DNA from: Klebsormidium nitens
Lineage: Eukaryota; Plantae; Klebsormidiophyceae
Assembly: GCA_000708835.1 (NCBI GenBank)
Contig: DF237232.1
Location: 1-64,000, forward strand
Length of the DNA: 64,000 nucleotides
Direction: 5' to 3'
Shown: piece by piece, positions 1 to 14,207 of the stretch
Layout of the letters: the number at the start of each line of letters is the position of its first letter
How positions within the stretch are numbered: position 1 is the first letter of the stretch
Notes under the pieces: model-generated
What the model was told of the DNA's origin: nothing
The model's database searches: none
The model's input: only the letters and a program-made list of their open reading frames with translations
Program-made: the position numbers and the translations under genes

Positions 1-530
1 TTTTAATCGCCCGGATTTCGAGCGGGACTTGGTCGCGAGGTCCCCAGCCTAAGCCGTCGCGAGCTGTTCTGAGTTGCCTAGGGGGACGTTTTAAGCTGTA
101 AAGGGGTCGAAACTTTACCAAATGATGCTGTGTTTGAAGCTGTGGGTTCCCCACGAAAAGGTCGTCAGGGCCCTCAAGCGAGAATTTGGAGAAACCACTT
201 TACATCTTGTTGACGTCTTGACATGTCAGGGCCTTTTTTAGGGGCAAAATGAGCAATTAGGGCTCATTTTTTGAGTTTTTGACCGGTTTTAGAAATTCCA
301 CGCGGATAGAATACTTGCAACTAACCCATATGTGAACCCCAACATCGGTTTTGAGGCAGAATTTAAGGTTAAGCAGGTTTGCCGCCGGCAGGACCCTTCG
401 AAACCGTCAATTTGAGTGGTAAACCCACTGTGAAACCAGTGGTTCGAACTCGGTCGATACCTAACCTTATCGTGGGCCGTTTTCACGGGTAAAATGAAAT
501 TTGAGTTGCTTGTGATAGGGATTTAGCCGG
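1..530. repeat. Possible fragment of a repetitive or non-autonomous DNA element (non-coding, AT-richer than genes)
   Basis: No credible ORF. Short internal direct repeat (gtcagggcc, twice) and a 9-bp inverted repeat AAAATGAGC(246-254)/GCTCATTTT(262-270). Identity as a mobile element is inference only. Confidence 0.2.
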
Positions 531-1348
531 GTCATGTATCACTGCGCAACTTACCGGCCGCACATGCATGTGCAGCGCTAACGTACCGTTGATTGACAAA
601 ACCGTCGTCGGCGTGAACACCAGGCTCGAGCACATGCATTATGCCATATAATGGCAACGTGCACGGCGCCCGAAATGGAGTGCAAGTACGGTTGCATGCG
701 ACCGTCTGAGTGCCTTTGGTCCTAGCGCATGATAACTCCGCGCGGCTCGCTCAGACATGTTAAGATCGTCGATATTGACACATTATAATGGCTTGTACAT
801 AGAATTTCTTATATATACGCTCAGCTCACTGCAATCATACAAAACGAATCCAGTAAAGTGTCATGCCAGACGTACTTGCAACATCGCATGCCGCCCCGGG
901 CCCAACTGCGAGATAATCCTGGCTGTATTTTGAACAATTACTACATCACATACACTGCATGTGAGTTTGTGCGAGCTAGCAAAGCTACAAGGTACTCTAT
1001 ATCGTAGATCGAACTCAACATCCCGACAATAAAGTCCGCTATCTTTACGCGATCAGCTCTTAAATCCAAATTTGCTCCTCAACCGAAGGCAATGATATGA
1101 TACATGCATGTGTCACGGTGTGCAATACCTGTTGCTCAACATATCCCTTAATCCTCAACCATTTCCTCACAGGCTCAGGTTTTAACTATCTACCACTACA
1201 TCCTCCAATCTGCTATGGTCGACCATAAGCACGCAATACCTCAATCCTTCGCTGTCAAATAGCCAAAAAGCACCTGCACCCATCTGTATGCCATGATGCT
1301 GAAGATCAGCCCCTTGTCACGGCAATGATCCGCGAATTCGTAGCGCTG

Positions 1349-4300
1349 CTATCGACTTTGACTGTCCGCCTCGAGGTCCTCCCGGATGACCGCTTCCAGC
1401 TTCTTCTCCAGCGCGTCTCTCCTCTTGGCAACACGGTTCAGCCCGCCCCCGGCTCGATGATTCACCACGTTGAGAGCGACGCCAACGGCAACCCCAACCA
1501 TCGCCACGCACGCAAAGAAAATCTCCACCGCCTGCAGCACGGAAAAGGGCTTCAGCACCTCCACCTCCACCTTCTGACCCTCAAGGGAGGAGACTCAATC
1601 ACCAAGACGACGGTGACGGCTAGCCGTCACTAATGGAGGGGGTCTCACCAAGAAAGATCTGTCGCATGCTGAACCTTGATCAACATGACTCACCATCGCG
1701 TCAAAAGACCAGCCGACGTCGACAAGGATCCATGGTATCTTGTTGCCAAAACAGGACCGACTCACGTAGGTCTCAACCACAGTTCATCGAAGCACAGGAT
1801 ATGGAAAGGAAATCTCGGCACTGCAGTTGCAGTTTTCTAGTATTTTGACGAAGACGTGCTCAACACCCTACGACCAGCCTTGTCTGATCAAGCCATCAGC
1901 GAATCAAAGGACGGTTCTGCCAACTGCATTTTGCGGAGATCTATGAAAGTTGAAAGCGACAATTCTAACGCCCCTCGACGAGCCCCACGAGATTCCTGTG
2001 GGCTCTCTTCCATGGCCGACATGCACCTGACAACAGTGCTACACCACACAAACGTGCGCTGCCACGTAGTCTCAGACCGACTTTTGGGAGGCCCGCTCGC
2101 GGCGCTGACCTGGTAGCTGCCGGTGGTGTCCCGCAGCGTGCCCACCGCGATGGGCATGCTGGCCATGCCGCCGTTCTGCACGGCCGTCGTCAGCCCAAAG
2201 GCCGTCCCCATGGCGCGGCCGTCCACCACCAGCGCAATGGACGGCCAGATCGCCGCGGCGTACGCACTGTACCCAGGACAGGCGGAGCCGTTGAGCGCGG
2301 ACGAGCGGGGCGGACACATCCGCACTGAATTGGAGCACACCAGATGACCCGGGTGCCCGGCGAACTTGGCGATGCGTAGTCAGGACAAGCTCCGAGTCTT
2401 CGACAAAAGTGTGACGAGGGAGAAGTCGGCAAGAGGCCCAAGTTATGCTCTGCGGTGCTGGCGTTACCCGGGTGCTCACCTGTAGGAGAGACCCATGGCC
2501 ACGAGCGGCAGCACGACGGGGACCATGGTCCACGCCAGGGAGAGGTGCACCTGCCAGGGCGGGGCGGGCCAGGGTCAGGCGCGCGGAAGAGGAGCAGGCA
2601 GCGACGGGCGAGCACTCCCGCACAGACTGGGCAGACAACAGTTGGAAAGGGCAAACCACTCTGCTGACCCGCCCAACGGCTTCCAGCACCAGCCTGCTGC
2701 CAGCGCCGTGTGCCGCCCTCCCTGGGGCCGGCTACCATGAGGGTGCTGCTACCATGGGGGGACCTGGGGGCGGCAGGCAGGACTGCAGCAGCGAGGAGGT
2801 GGGCAGCCTGAAAGACGGGCGACTCCCAGAGTGGTGGACAGCGTGCTTACGGCTGCAAGGGCGGCGGCGCCCGCGGTGAGCATGACGGCCCGGTAGCCGA
2901 GGAGGTCCACAGCTGTGCCCATGAAGGGGTTGATGCAGGCCGCGATGAGGTACGGAATGGACATCAGCCGGTCCGCCACCTCCAGGCTCACGCCGTACTT
3001 GCCCTGCGCACAGCACACCGCACGGCAGCACCACGGGTCAGCACGCAGACAGACACCGCCACCGCAACATGAGTGGGCCGGAAGATCGTCAATGGCATCA
3101 GTGTCGACCTCTCTGCATACCGGCTGTTTCATAAGGTGGCCTTCGCACTTGCACTGAACCTTTTTCCTGCAGGCGGGCATTGGGCACGGCACTGGTGTAA
3201 GCAACGGAAGGTGTCGGTCTCATTTTGATCAGCATTACAGCCGCCCATCTGGTGCGCCTGGCTGCATGCCAGCGCCCTTGCAGGGATGTGCAGTGTGTGG
3301 TGGGAAGCCCCACCATGATGACTCCCGCGGCCACGTTGTTGAACGGCAGGATGGTGGCGTACACCACCACGCAGCTGCACGGGACACAGGGCAGGAGCCG
3401 GTCAGTGGCAGCCGTCCGCGAGGGGCAACGCTGACTCTCGCTCACGGGTTCACCACACCATTGAACCGCACATCCCTTGTGCAAGCCCAGCGAGTTTGCA
3501 GAAAACGTCACTCGACCCCAGCACCAGCAACCACCCCCCGACACCAACTCTCGCACGCTGGCCTACCACTCTAGCTGCAGGCGCCCTCTTGTGCCAAGGG
3601 AAAACGCCGCAGAGTACGTGTCAGCAGTTCGGCCCCATGCCCGCTGGCCGTTCCCAGCAGCTACCACAGGCACAGGCTCAAGCGGCACCTCGTGTTCAAG
3701 ATGACTCCGTTGGACTGGCCCGACTGACCTCAGTTTGACAACTTTTGACCGGCTGGCACTGGTCACCTACAGAACAGTGCGCCCTGGGCCGTGCCCAGCC
3801 CAAGCGCGAGTGGGGCGAGGGGCGTAGCGGGGGCAATACCTGACGGTGAGCAGCCAGTAGGAGGCGGAGAAGTGCTGGATGTCCGCCAGCGACATGTGCT
3901 CCACCACCGCCTGCAACAGCGTGAAACAGCACGCAGTCAATGCGCGGCCATCGAAGTAACCAGGCAAATAAGACGCCCGGCCCTGTCCCGTGGCTCTGAC
4001 CCGGCACACCCAAGCAAGCGCCGCTCAAGGACATTGGGCAGCCGCCCCTGCGGTAGGCCGCGCGCTGCTTACCTCGGCGCCGGCGGCGGTGTCGTGGAGG
4101 AGGGGCTGCGCCTGCTCGCGCTTGTGCTGTGCGGCCAGGAAGCGGTCGGTGCGCACCTCGAGCAGCAGCAGCGCGAGCGCGCACCCCAGGGACAGCAGGG
4201 TGATGAAGAAGCCAAAGCTGCTCACAGCAGGACAGGCAACCGCTGCAGCAGGGCAGAGGGAGGACAGCAACAAGGCACAGCGTGCTGGGGGCACCGCTAG

Positions 4301-6003
4301 GTCGGCCCCAGCATAGTGGGACGAGGAAGAGCGATCACGTTTCTCGGAGCTGGCCCTTTCCAAGGCAGCAACTGAGAACGATACGTGATATGTGATGCGG
4401 TTCTTGCTTCTGGACACAGCTCTTTGCGGTGTGGGAGGGAGGAGGGATGACTCCTCACGACAGTGCTGAAGCTGGCTCCAGCGGAGGCAATAATCCCGGC
4501 ACCCCTGACTGATAGATAGCGGGCATCACCTGGTACATGAAACCACACGGTGTGTAAGATGAGCTGCCGCAAGAACCAGTCAGGAAAGCAGACGAGCCCT
4601 TCAACTGAGGACCTCGAGCTGGCTCAAGGTGGCAGAGGAGACGGATACTGCAGGCGTGGCAAGACCCAAGATATACAACCTAGACTGTGCCACGGTCTAA
4701 TCCTCAAACAGTGCAGACATGGGGATGTGGGTGGCGGCCGCCCCTTACCCAATCGTTGATCACGCTGCCCAACCTGGCCACGGTCAAGCCCAGCCCCATG
4801 GCAAACGCCATCTCTTTCCCTTGAAACCAGACTGCCTGGATCGTGGTCTGCAGACAGAAGCAACAACGAGCAGGACGTTAGTTGGGGCCCAGCCAAGAGT
4901 CCTTGCACCAAACACAATTTTGAGAGAATCGTCAGAGTTTGGGGAGGAGAATGGTGAGCGACAGAATTAGTATGAGCCTCCGAAAGAATGTCGAACTACC
5001 TATGTTGATGCTAAGCGGTACAATTATCTATATTGACATCCGTAGGGAGCGTCCTGTACAGACACGCCATCCTCGAGCAGCAGTCAAACCCGGTCCCTGG
5101 GTCCCGCTCAGGGGTGAGTCCCTGTCCGCCGCCTGACCTGGACCACCGTCAGGCTCTCCCCTCCCATGCCGAAGACGGTTCGCCCCACCAAGGCAATGTC
5201 ATAGCGGCGCAGGGCAACTCCAGCAGCAAAGATCCCTTGACCTGCAGGATGAGTAGATTGAGCCAGCGCTGCAGACTTGCCTTTCTCAGATTGCACCAAA
5301 AGACAGACACAACTCCGTTGAGCAGGATTGGAGGGCAATCATAGACACTTGACCCACTACATTTCCGTCTAAACCTTGGTTCCAAACTCTTTGACCAATT
5401 GACCATTTGAACAGCTGCCTGACCATCTCTCTTACCGAGCACTATAGTGCTGACGAACAGTATCAGACTGGCTTTTGTTCCGCAACGGTCGACCAGCAAA
5501 CCCCCAAAGAGAGGCAAGACGATGTTCGGAAAGGAGTAGACTGAGTACAGCAGGTTGTACTGGGTGTCGCTCAGGTGCAGCGTCTCCTGCAGGAGAGAGG
5601 CAGGGGGGTCTCGCAGGGCCACCACCATCAACCACTTGCAGGGCTGCAGATAAACCCGGGGCATGGCGCGAGCGCACGCTGCTATGCAGCAGGCTATGGA
5701 CAGACAGCTAGCTCAGGGCACCAAGTCTGGTGAAGACAGGCCTTGTCTGGCACAGAATGAGGTGACATGAGAGGGCCTCATTGTGGGTGTTGCACCAGCC
5801 TACAGCCAGGCTATCTGAATAGAGCACATCAATGAAGAGCAAGGTCTTGCCTGCAGGGGAGCTTTGAGGGCTGCCGGCCCATCATAGTTGAAGTAACTGC
5901 CCGCGAGGATGACGGCCGTCAACACAAGTACAACCCACCTGTCGGAAGACAAGTCAGGGAGCGAGAGATTGAATCGTCCGGCAGAAGCGGCTACATCTGT
6001 CAC
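1349..6003 (-). CDS. MFSD1: Major facilitator superfamily transporter, MFSD1-like (multi-exon; true start codon not resolved, about 6000 or slightly upstream)
   Basis: Exons joined at GT-AG sites: RWVVLVLTAVILAGSYFNYDGPAALK; LHLSDTQYNLLYSVYSFPNIVLPLFGGLLVDRCG; GRTVFGMGGESL; WFQGKEMAFAMGLGLTVARLGSVINDW; YATILPFNNVA; MSIPYLIAACINPFMGTAVDLLG; IWPSIALVVDGRAMGTAFGLTTAVQNGG; last exon VEIFFACVAMVGVAVGVALNVVN...SR*. These match recalled MFSD1-family motifs. Confidence 0.8.
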
Positions 6004-6815
6004 AGAAGCCTTATTGGAGACCCTCTGTGGTGAACGACAGGCACGCCTCGCGCATACAGCACTCTAGAAAGACGGGCAGTTGGTATTAATCAGCAGTCCA
6101 ATCGAATGTGCCATCCATGTATTGCTGTCCACTACTACTAGTAGTCTAACCAAAGTCTTGCCAGTCCAATTCGAAAAAATCCACGAAAGCAGAGCCTCTC
6201 ACCTGCTTTTTAAGTCTGAACGCTGCATCATTTTGACCAACAATGGAATGTACAGCAAGGTCACTACTGTAGCGCGTCCTTAGCTTTAGTTCCTCTTGCT
6301 TGTCGAGAGGACGGGGGACTTGCCCGAATCACCCCTCAATTTACATGAAGGATGAGACGTTTTTTATTGTGACGCAGAAACTTAGAAACTGAGAAACTGA
6401 GAAAGCTGGTGGGCTGGCACGCCACTTTCACAGATCCTCCTTCCTTTCTGTTGCTGGCACCAGTGAAGCCTGAACTTGAACTTGAAGCCTACCTATAAAG
6501 GTTCAGGTACCTACTCAAGTTCAGAGGCATGGGGCTAGACGATCATTTCATTGGTTTCCTTCGAGACCACGTGAGTAGTTGCGGCCTGCTGATTGGCTGA
6601 ATTTGGCGCGCCAACTGTTCAAATGAACATGTCAAGGTGCTACCAAGTTCTGATCATACACAAATACCTTCCAACTGCTTGCACAAGTGAAATCAAGTGG
6701 GCAATCGCATCTGGAAGTACGACAGGAAGCACTACCCCGGAACCAGTCTTTGTTGCCGTCAAGCTGCCACCAGAGCTGGTCATGCCAGCCCGGACGAGTG
6801 AGACAGTGCGCCACG

Positions 6816-9800
6816 ATGTCTGAGGTTGGCGACTCGGAGGGCTCTCATGAGGTTGGCTCTGTTGATGGGTCCATCTCCACCCCCAACTCCCCCGGGTCCC
6901 TTTCTGAAGGTGAGGTCGGTGCGTCGGTGCGGACCAACATTCCGGATGAAGCAAGTGAAGTGCTGGCCAGCCTGAGGCAGTATGGCGCGGAGGATGGAGA
7001 TGCAGCAACGGAGGGGAGTGAGGGTGGCAAGGAGGAGAGCAACTCCCCTTCACAGGACGGCGTGGACGGAGGGGGACAGGGGGTACTGCTGAGCTCGTCC
7101 ATAGACTTTGGGACAGATTCGGAGGCAGAGGAACGGGCGAAACACCGCTTCTTTGACAAGCTAGAGCGGCAGGGGATGGCCAGTAGTGCCGCCCCGACAC
7201 CTGCCAGCAGCAGCGCTGCCCGGCCCGGCCACCCTCCGCCCCCACCAGGGCCTGCGCCAGCTGTGCATACCGCCCAGAAGGGGCCTCAGCAAGATGCTTT
7301 GCCTTATTTTGGAACAGGGAAAGCACCGACTGCCACCTTCGAGGCCAAGAAACAACATGTTGGGCTGCAGGATGGGGCCCCTGCCAGTGCCCCCACCACA
7401 CACGGCGAACTGGCGGGGAGCGTGCATAAGGAAAGCTTTGCAGCAGCCAGCTTGAATGGGCACCCTGCAGCGGTTGCCCCTGCTCCGTCTGCGCAGGTGA
7501 TTCGCCCTCCGGTGCAGGCGGACGTGGTGCCCCCTGCGGCTGTGCTGTGGGGGGGGCCGTCCCAGATGATGCGGAGCAGCTTCCCCCTGGCAGGCCACCC
7601 CCAAGCGGCCCTTGAGCAGCTGCGGCCCCAGCCCCTGCAGATTACTGACTCCGCGCTGGGGGGCCCCAGGGAGTCTCCCGTCAAGAGCACTCCAGGGTCC
7701 AGAGCCCGGCCATCATCAACAGAGAGCCGCCGGCAGGTGAATACTTGTAAGAGAGACAGAGCACCTTTGTTTCAGAACCCGCAAGCAAGGCAACGGGCTG
7801 CCAGCAAGTTCCCCTTCAAGCACACTCTGGGGCAGGCAGTGGCTTTGCCCTCTATGCATTTGGACATGACAATATGTTGGCTGGAGCGAAGAAGCCGCAT
7901 GCAAGCCAGTGCTTCCACCCTGCATTGTGCAATGGTCCCTCAGGCCCCTGCTATCATCCTGGGGCTGTCACTGTGCAGAGCGCTGTGGGCGGCAGCGGGC
8001 GGCTGGGGGCCGTGGCATCGGGCAACCTGGGCAGCCGCGTGGAGGAGCTGCGCGCCCAGGTGGCCGAGGAGAGGGCCGCCCGCCAGGCCATGCAGCAGCG
8101 CCTGAGCGACTGCAAGAAGGAAGCGGAGCGCAACGAGAAGAGAGTGCGAGAGGTACGCGCCGCTGCCGTCTGGATGGAGCCAGCCAGCCAAAAGTGATGC
8201 CCATGCGGGTTAGAAGCGTTTATGGAGCCACAGTTGGCTTGCAACGTCGTTCCACCTCTACTTGTCCAGCTGTTTGCAATCATGAACTGGTGCAGACAGA
8301 GGGTTCTCCCTCGGCCGGATTCCCTCTGGAGCAAGAAAGCTTCTTCATCGAATGCAGGAGCTAGAGGCTCGGGTGCGCGAAGCGCAGCGCGCTCGCACCG
8401 CCCTGGAGCAGCGGGTGGCCGAGCTGGAGGGTGGTAGCGCGCGGGAGCGCGTGATGCGGGCGGGCGGCGAGGTGGTGCTGGCGGGGGAGGAGCTGCGCGC
8501 GCTGCGGCAGGAGGTGGTGGAGCAGGAGGGCCTGCTGCGCGGGTACCAGGCGGAGAACGAGAAGCTGGTGGAGCGGCTGCGCGAGGTGCAGGCGGGGCAC
8601 AAGGCGGAGAGGGAAGCCGCGCAGCGCGAGCACGAGCGGCTGGCAGGCCACCTCGCACAGGTCGAGAACGAGGGCCACGGGCAGCAGAGCCGCGCAGATG
8701 CCGCCACCCACCTCCAGAGGATCCTGCAGCTGGAGGTGGGGCCAGCTGGGGGCCTATGCAGGTCCACCTACCAGAAGGAGGGTGCTATTTGAGGCGCTGC
8801 ATAGTCGATAGAAGGATCATCACGCCCTGGACTCACATGCTTAATGTGGCACAGCGGGGAAGTGGCTCGAGTGGACAGAGCAGCAATCAAGGTCGTACTT
8901 GTGGCCGCAATAATTGTCGCGAGGTCATGCAAGCAACGTGTATTGTAAGTCGCCAACTGCCCGGTCGTCGAATGGAGGGTTTGGCTGTTGCTGCAGGCGG
9001 AGCTGGAGTCTGTGAGGAGCGCCGCTGCGAGCCGCGAAGTGGAGCTCAAGTTCGAGATCGACCGTGCGCGGCAGGGGCGCAAGGAGCTTGAGGCGCGCTT
9101 TGCGGGACTGGACCCCCACAAGATGGCGCACGAGGACCAGGCGCTCGCGGCAGCCAACCAGGTGAGCCCAAGCAGGGGCAGGGCGGCCAGCGTACGCGCG
9201 TGCATCGCACCTTGAGGCTCTGCCGATTGTCAGCCAGGCGGCGTGCGATCGCAGGTCCCGCTTATCATCGGATTTCACCGACAGAAAGGCCGTCAGCCGC
9301 AGGAGCTGGAGTCTAGTGAGGCGCCGATGCTGCCTTATCCCACAGGGGAGACAGAGGCTTGGAGCATGCTTTGAACGGTTGCGGGTCGTGCCTCTAGCCG
9401 CCCGTCTGTCCTGAGGCCGCCCTGTATTGTGCTGCAGGCGCTGGCGGCGGAGCGCGAGGCGCGCGGCCGGGATGTGGCTCTGCTGGAGAGCAAGCTGCGG
9501 TGGTACACTGAGAACCAGGCGATAGTGACGGAGCAGGACGAGACCATCAAGATGCAGGTCAGCCGGCTCAGGGCCGCGAGGAAACGATTGCACGAAAGAC
9601 TCTGGTAGAAACATAGGGAGTCGTACAACCGGGCGTCTGCCACCATTTAGCAGTTTGTCAGAAAAGCACTGAACCCTGGCGGTTAGGTGTGTGCCATTCC
9701 GGTTGTAACACCTTCGTCGCTGTCGACATGTGATGCCGTTTCTCACCCCACCGCCCGTGGGTGCCCCCCAGGCTGCGCGCATCGTGGAGCTGGAGGCGCT

Positions 9801-12800
9801 GCTCCGCGCTGCGTCCTCGGGCAGTGCGGCCCCCTCCACTGTGGAGGCGGCCAGCAAGGCGCGCACCGCGGCAGTGGCCCCCGCCAAGGCGGCCGCCAGG
9901 ATCCGCCAGCTCGAGAAGCAGGTGGGTCTCCAGGCCGGCCCCGAGCCGCTGTGCCTGGACAGGTGCCACGCTAGAGAAGCGGGCAGCCAGAGGCGGTGTC
10001 CTCGTCGACAGTAGGGGGGAGTGACCCACCGGTGTGCTTCGACGTTGTGAGAACCCCCTCCTGGATCTCCATCCTCTTGAAATTTTAGTGTTGCCTCCTC
10101 GTGTGAAGAGCTCTTACTCGTTTCTGTCTGCAGGTGAAGGAGCTAGAAGCGTCTCTTGCTGCTCAGCGTGCTGATCCAAACTCTCTTACCGCTCTCATCC
10201 AAGTAAGCTCACTTGGCCCCGCATGATCGGCTGTCTCGTGGCCAATCCGGGCATGGAACAGGGGGCACCTTGCTGTGCTGCTGTCTGCTTCATCCGATTG
10301 GCCGTGCTGGATCAGGGCTGCAATGTCCTTATAATCCGATGTCGTTAGTGCCTTTTCCGCTTTCATCTGTTGCGTCCGCGTCATGACGGTATCTCGCACT
10401 GCTGTCGTCTGTTGCCTGTTCCCTCCGCTTCCTTTAACGTCCGCTGCGCCCTGGCTGGTGCAGGCCACGCGCGGCCCGGATGACGCGGCGACCCTGGCCC
10501 TGCGGGCGGAACTGGAGCAGCTGCGCGCGGCGCATGCCAGCAAGGACGACGACGCCAGCAAGGTGAGCTGCGGACAGGCCGGGATGGGCAGCCGTGGGGA
10601 ACCGAACGACGCCGGCTGTGCCGGCACCCGTCGCCGCTCTTGCTGAGGCTCGGCTTGTTGATCTTTGAATGATAGAATGCCGGCATGCTGGACATTGGGA
10701 TTGCTCGTGCGCTTAAGGGTCTTCCGTGGCACACGCACGTCTCGTTCCGGGGGTCGACTTTGTGGGCACCGACAAGGTTTCTCACGCCAGCCTTGCTGCC
10801 CGTTCGCTGTTGGCAGGCACTGCGCGGGCTGCGCCAGGAGCACGAGCGCATCAAGCGGCAGTACGAGGAGCGGCTGCGGGCGGCGCAGGCCCAGCTCGCG
10901 GAGCGCGCCGCCAAGAAGGCGGACCGCGAGCGCGGGGGCAGCGCGGGGCGCGTCAAGGAGCTGGAGAAGCAGGTCGAGGACCTGCGCGGCTTCTACACCA
11001 AGAAGGTCAAGGTCAGGGCGGCAGCACACGGCTCAAACCGGGCCGCCGAGGAGGGCAAACAATTTGGGCATCCGCCACGAACAGCTGCCGATTGCTTCTG
11101 ACTGTCATGTGAAACTCGTGGTGGTCGCTGGAATCACGTTGAAGAGGTAGTGGTTTTCCCGCCTGGCAGGGCTGACCTTGACATGCGTCCTGGGTATGGC
11201 AGGAACTGCAACGGAAGCTGGAGGAGGCGGGGCGAGCGGCGGCCAAGCCGGCGGAGGAGGGTGGCAGCGGCACGCCTGTCAGGACGCCGGGGACGGCGAA
11301 CGGCGGCCGCGGCGCGGGCCTGGCCAAGGAGCTGGCGCGCGCCAAGGAACGCATTACCCAGGTGCGGGCAGCGGCTGCTTGCGTGTCCCAGCTGTTACAA
11401 GGCTGAGGCGGGAGGTGACTCGGGCCTCGCGGTTTGATTGTGCAAGATGGTGCAGACCCCAATAGACATGCGGCAGGGGCTCGCCGACGCTATGGATTGT
11501 GAGCTTCCTGGGCATGATTGCATGGATCCACGGCTTGCCGCATCTAGAATCTGTGTGTCGCCCCAGGTCATTTTCAGCGGCTCGTCTAAATGCTGGCCGT
11601 GCAGTTGGAGGACGTCCTGGCGCGTAAGGAGGCCGCGCTGGCAGCCCTACAGGCCGCGCCCAATGCTGCCCAGGGTGCGGGCGCGCACAAGTTCACGGGC
11701 GCGGAAGCGGTAGGTGCGCTGCACACGGAGGTGGAGGCGCTTCGCGGCCAGAACGAGCAGTTGCGCGCCCAGCTGCACCAGAGAGGCGGCCCGGAGAACG
11801 AGCCCGCCCACCCCGCAGACGGGGCCCACCAGCACGCGGCATACCAACGGGTAGAGTCCAAGTCGGGACCACCAGGCGGCAGCGCGCCCCGTGCGGGGGG
11901 GTGGCCCCCTCGCGCGGCGGGCGAGGGGTGGGTCGAAGAGGTGGTGGCGTTGCAGCGGCGCGCGGAGGTGGCGGAGCTGAGCCGCGACCTGGCGGCGCGG
12001 CAGGCGCAGGAGGCCATCGAGCGCGCCGCCGTCCTGCGGCTGCAGCACCAGCAGACCGTTGCGCAGCTGCAGGTGCGACAGGCGACGGGGAACCATGCGC
12101 ATGGCGCCTCGGCTCCTTGCCAGATCTCGTGTGGGACAACCCGCCCGCTTGTGACGTCTACCCTGCCTAGTCCCCTCGCACAATGATGTTATCCAAGTAG
12201 ATTGATTCAACCGAAGTACGAGTCACTTCTTCACTTGCAGAAGTGGCCGCCACGTGATTAGGTAATTCGCTGGGCTTCGGTTGTTTCCTTTCGGTGGTGG
12301 AACAAGGTCCTACGTACCTCACTACTGACTTCTTGATCATACTTCCTTTCGAGCGGCCCCCCCCTCGTGCCTTTCTTCCCCTTTGTTTGCTTAACCTGCT
12401 GGTGGTGTCGTTGCGTTCAGGAGGCGCACGCAGCCCGCCTGGCGGCGCTCGAGCAGCAGCAGGCCGGGGAGCGGACCGCAGGGGCCGACCTCGGGCTGCG
12501 CGAGCGGCTGGAGGCAGCGGAGGCGGCGCGCGGCGCGCTGCAGGAACAGGTGGCGCACCTGACCCGCCACCTCAAGAGCGGCCGGCATGGTCCACCGGCG
12601 GCGCAGGTGAGGGGATCGGGGAACAAAATTGCTGTCAGCGTGACTAGCATATGCTCGCTGCCTGCCTGGGGGGCTGCCTGCCACTAAAGGGGACGCTAGT
12701 GCAAGAGCTGGCCGGCCGCCGCCACAACGGAATGTCTGGATTGTATTGCACCACAGCCACGTGGTCGGAGCATGAGTGGCCCTTAAAATGTTCGAGGCTG

Positions 12801-13086
12801 CATGATTGCCGCTTTGACTGGTGTGTTTTGCACCGGGGTACAGCTGGCGGCGTTGGAGGCACGGCTCCGTGCGATGGAGGAGGCGGCCCAAGCGCGCGAG
12901 GCGCGGTGGCAGGCGGTGGTGGCGGACACGCAGCGCATCCTGGCCGAGGAGGCGGACGCGGAGCGGCAGCAGTGGGCCGCGGCGTTCACAGCCAAGAACG
13001 CCGAGATTGCGCGCTTCCGTGCGGAGCTGGACGACATCCTCGGCATGGCCGCACAGCTGCAGGGGCAGAGGGGGCCGGCACAGTAG
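6816..13086 (+). CDS. CEP162: Centrosomal protein CEP162 (QN1/KIAA1009)-like coiled-coil protein, multi-exon
   Basis: ATG at 6816 (MSEVGDSEG...) and TAG at 13084-13086. CEP162-typical blocks: EQEGLLRGYQAENEKL, KLRWYTENQ, RIRQLEKQVKELEASL...PNSLTALI, VEDLRGFYTKKVK, and C-terminal AKNAEIARFRAELDDIL. Exon phases checked were compatible. Confidence 0.8.
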
Positions 13087-14207
13087 GGCAACAAGGAGTG
13101 CGGGATGGGGACAGGTCGTCAAATGAGGGGGATGAATTCAGATGTTTTGAGATCGATCTCTGAAGATACATGCAGGTGACTACAGGCGTGGGAGCGCTCG
13201 CGCACATGGCATTATGCAGGTCTCTACCTTTTGGTATGTTGTAAACAACTGGTTGCGAGTGGACGGAAGATGCCACAGCCTAGCCAGCAGGATCTTCATA
13301 ATGTCTGCATGGAGTGGTTCGTATTACGACAAACCAGCAATGGTGCTCGGGAAGATCCAGTCTGCCGTAACAGGCAAATGCAGATAAAGCGGCCCGGCCG
13401 AAAATGATTACCGGTTGTTCAGAGAAAGTCGTCGGCAACTAACAACTTGCATCGAGGTTCTGCTTGTGAACGCGCCATTGGTATATAAGTCCCGTCCGAT
13501 AAACGTCTGAGGGAGGAACGGTGTGCCGGGCAACAACCTTAGTTAACCATCCCTCGTGGAGCCCTATTCCTTCTTAGGACGAACATGGATCGGATGGTAC
13601 GGCCTCAAACGGCTATCAATCCCTTTGTATACGGTTTCTTGCTAAAAAGGTCGGACTCTAGAGAAATCACTATAGCTAGTTGATAGTTACATTTCAGAAT
13701 GGTCACCGATATGTGTACGGATGAGTGTGCGCAATCTCGATTGGATTTGCTCTGCATGTGAGAGCTACGAAATGAAAATGACAATTTGAAACTTGACAAA
13801 CTCCGACTTGCAAGACCCGTCTAGCTGCCCTGCCGCGCCGGCCATGATCGGCTGAAAGTTTGCGTGCACTGACCCATGCACCGCTGCATTAAGGCTGGCC
13901 GGGCCACGTACTATACCCGGGCCGGTTTGATGAATGATTTATGCACCATTTTGTTGAGAGTTTTGGACCACCAAAAGGAGCTCTTTCCCGGCTCTACACG
14001 CTAGGCTTGCTCTGTCTTTGGTCATTGGTATGCAAGTAGTCGATGATCTGCCAAATTGATACAAGCTGTCAGTGTAGTGTATACAAGCAGCATGCACTTT
14101 CGTAGAGTAGCTTTTTGAATCAGCGTCCAGGACTCGCACAAAAGCGTACTATATTTCCCAGGTCCATGGCTTCCGAAGTTCACCGCTACGGCCGGCTTAT
14201 AAAAGAA

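Noticed and set aside
6640-13163. Many long antisense and alternate-frame ORFs overlapping CEP162 (and likewise other genes)
   Set aside because: Expected shadow ORFs in GC-rich exons. They are Pro/Arg/Ala-rich, have no motifs, and overlap well-supported genes.
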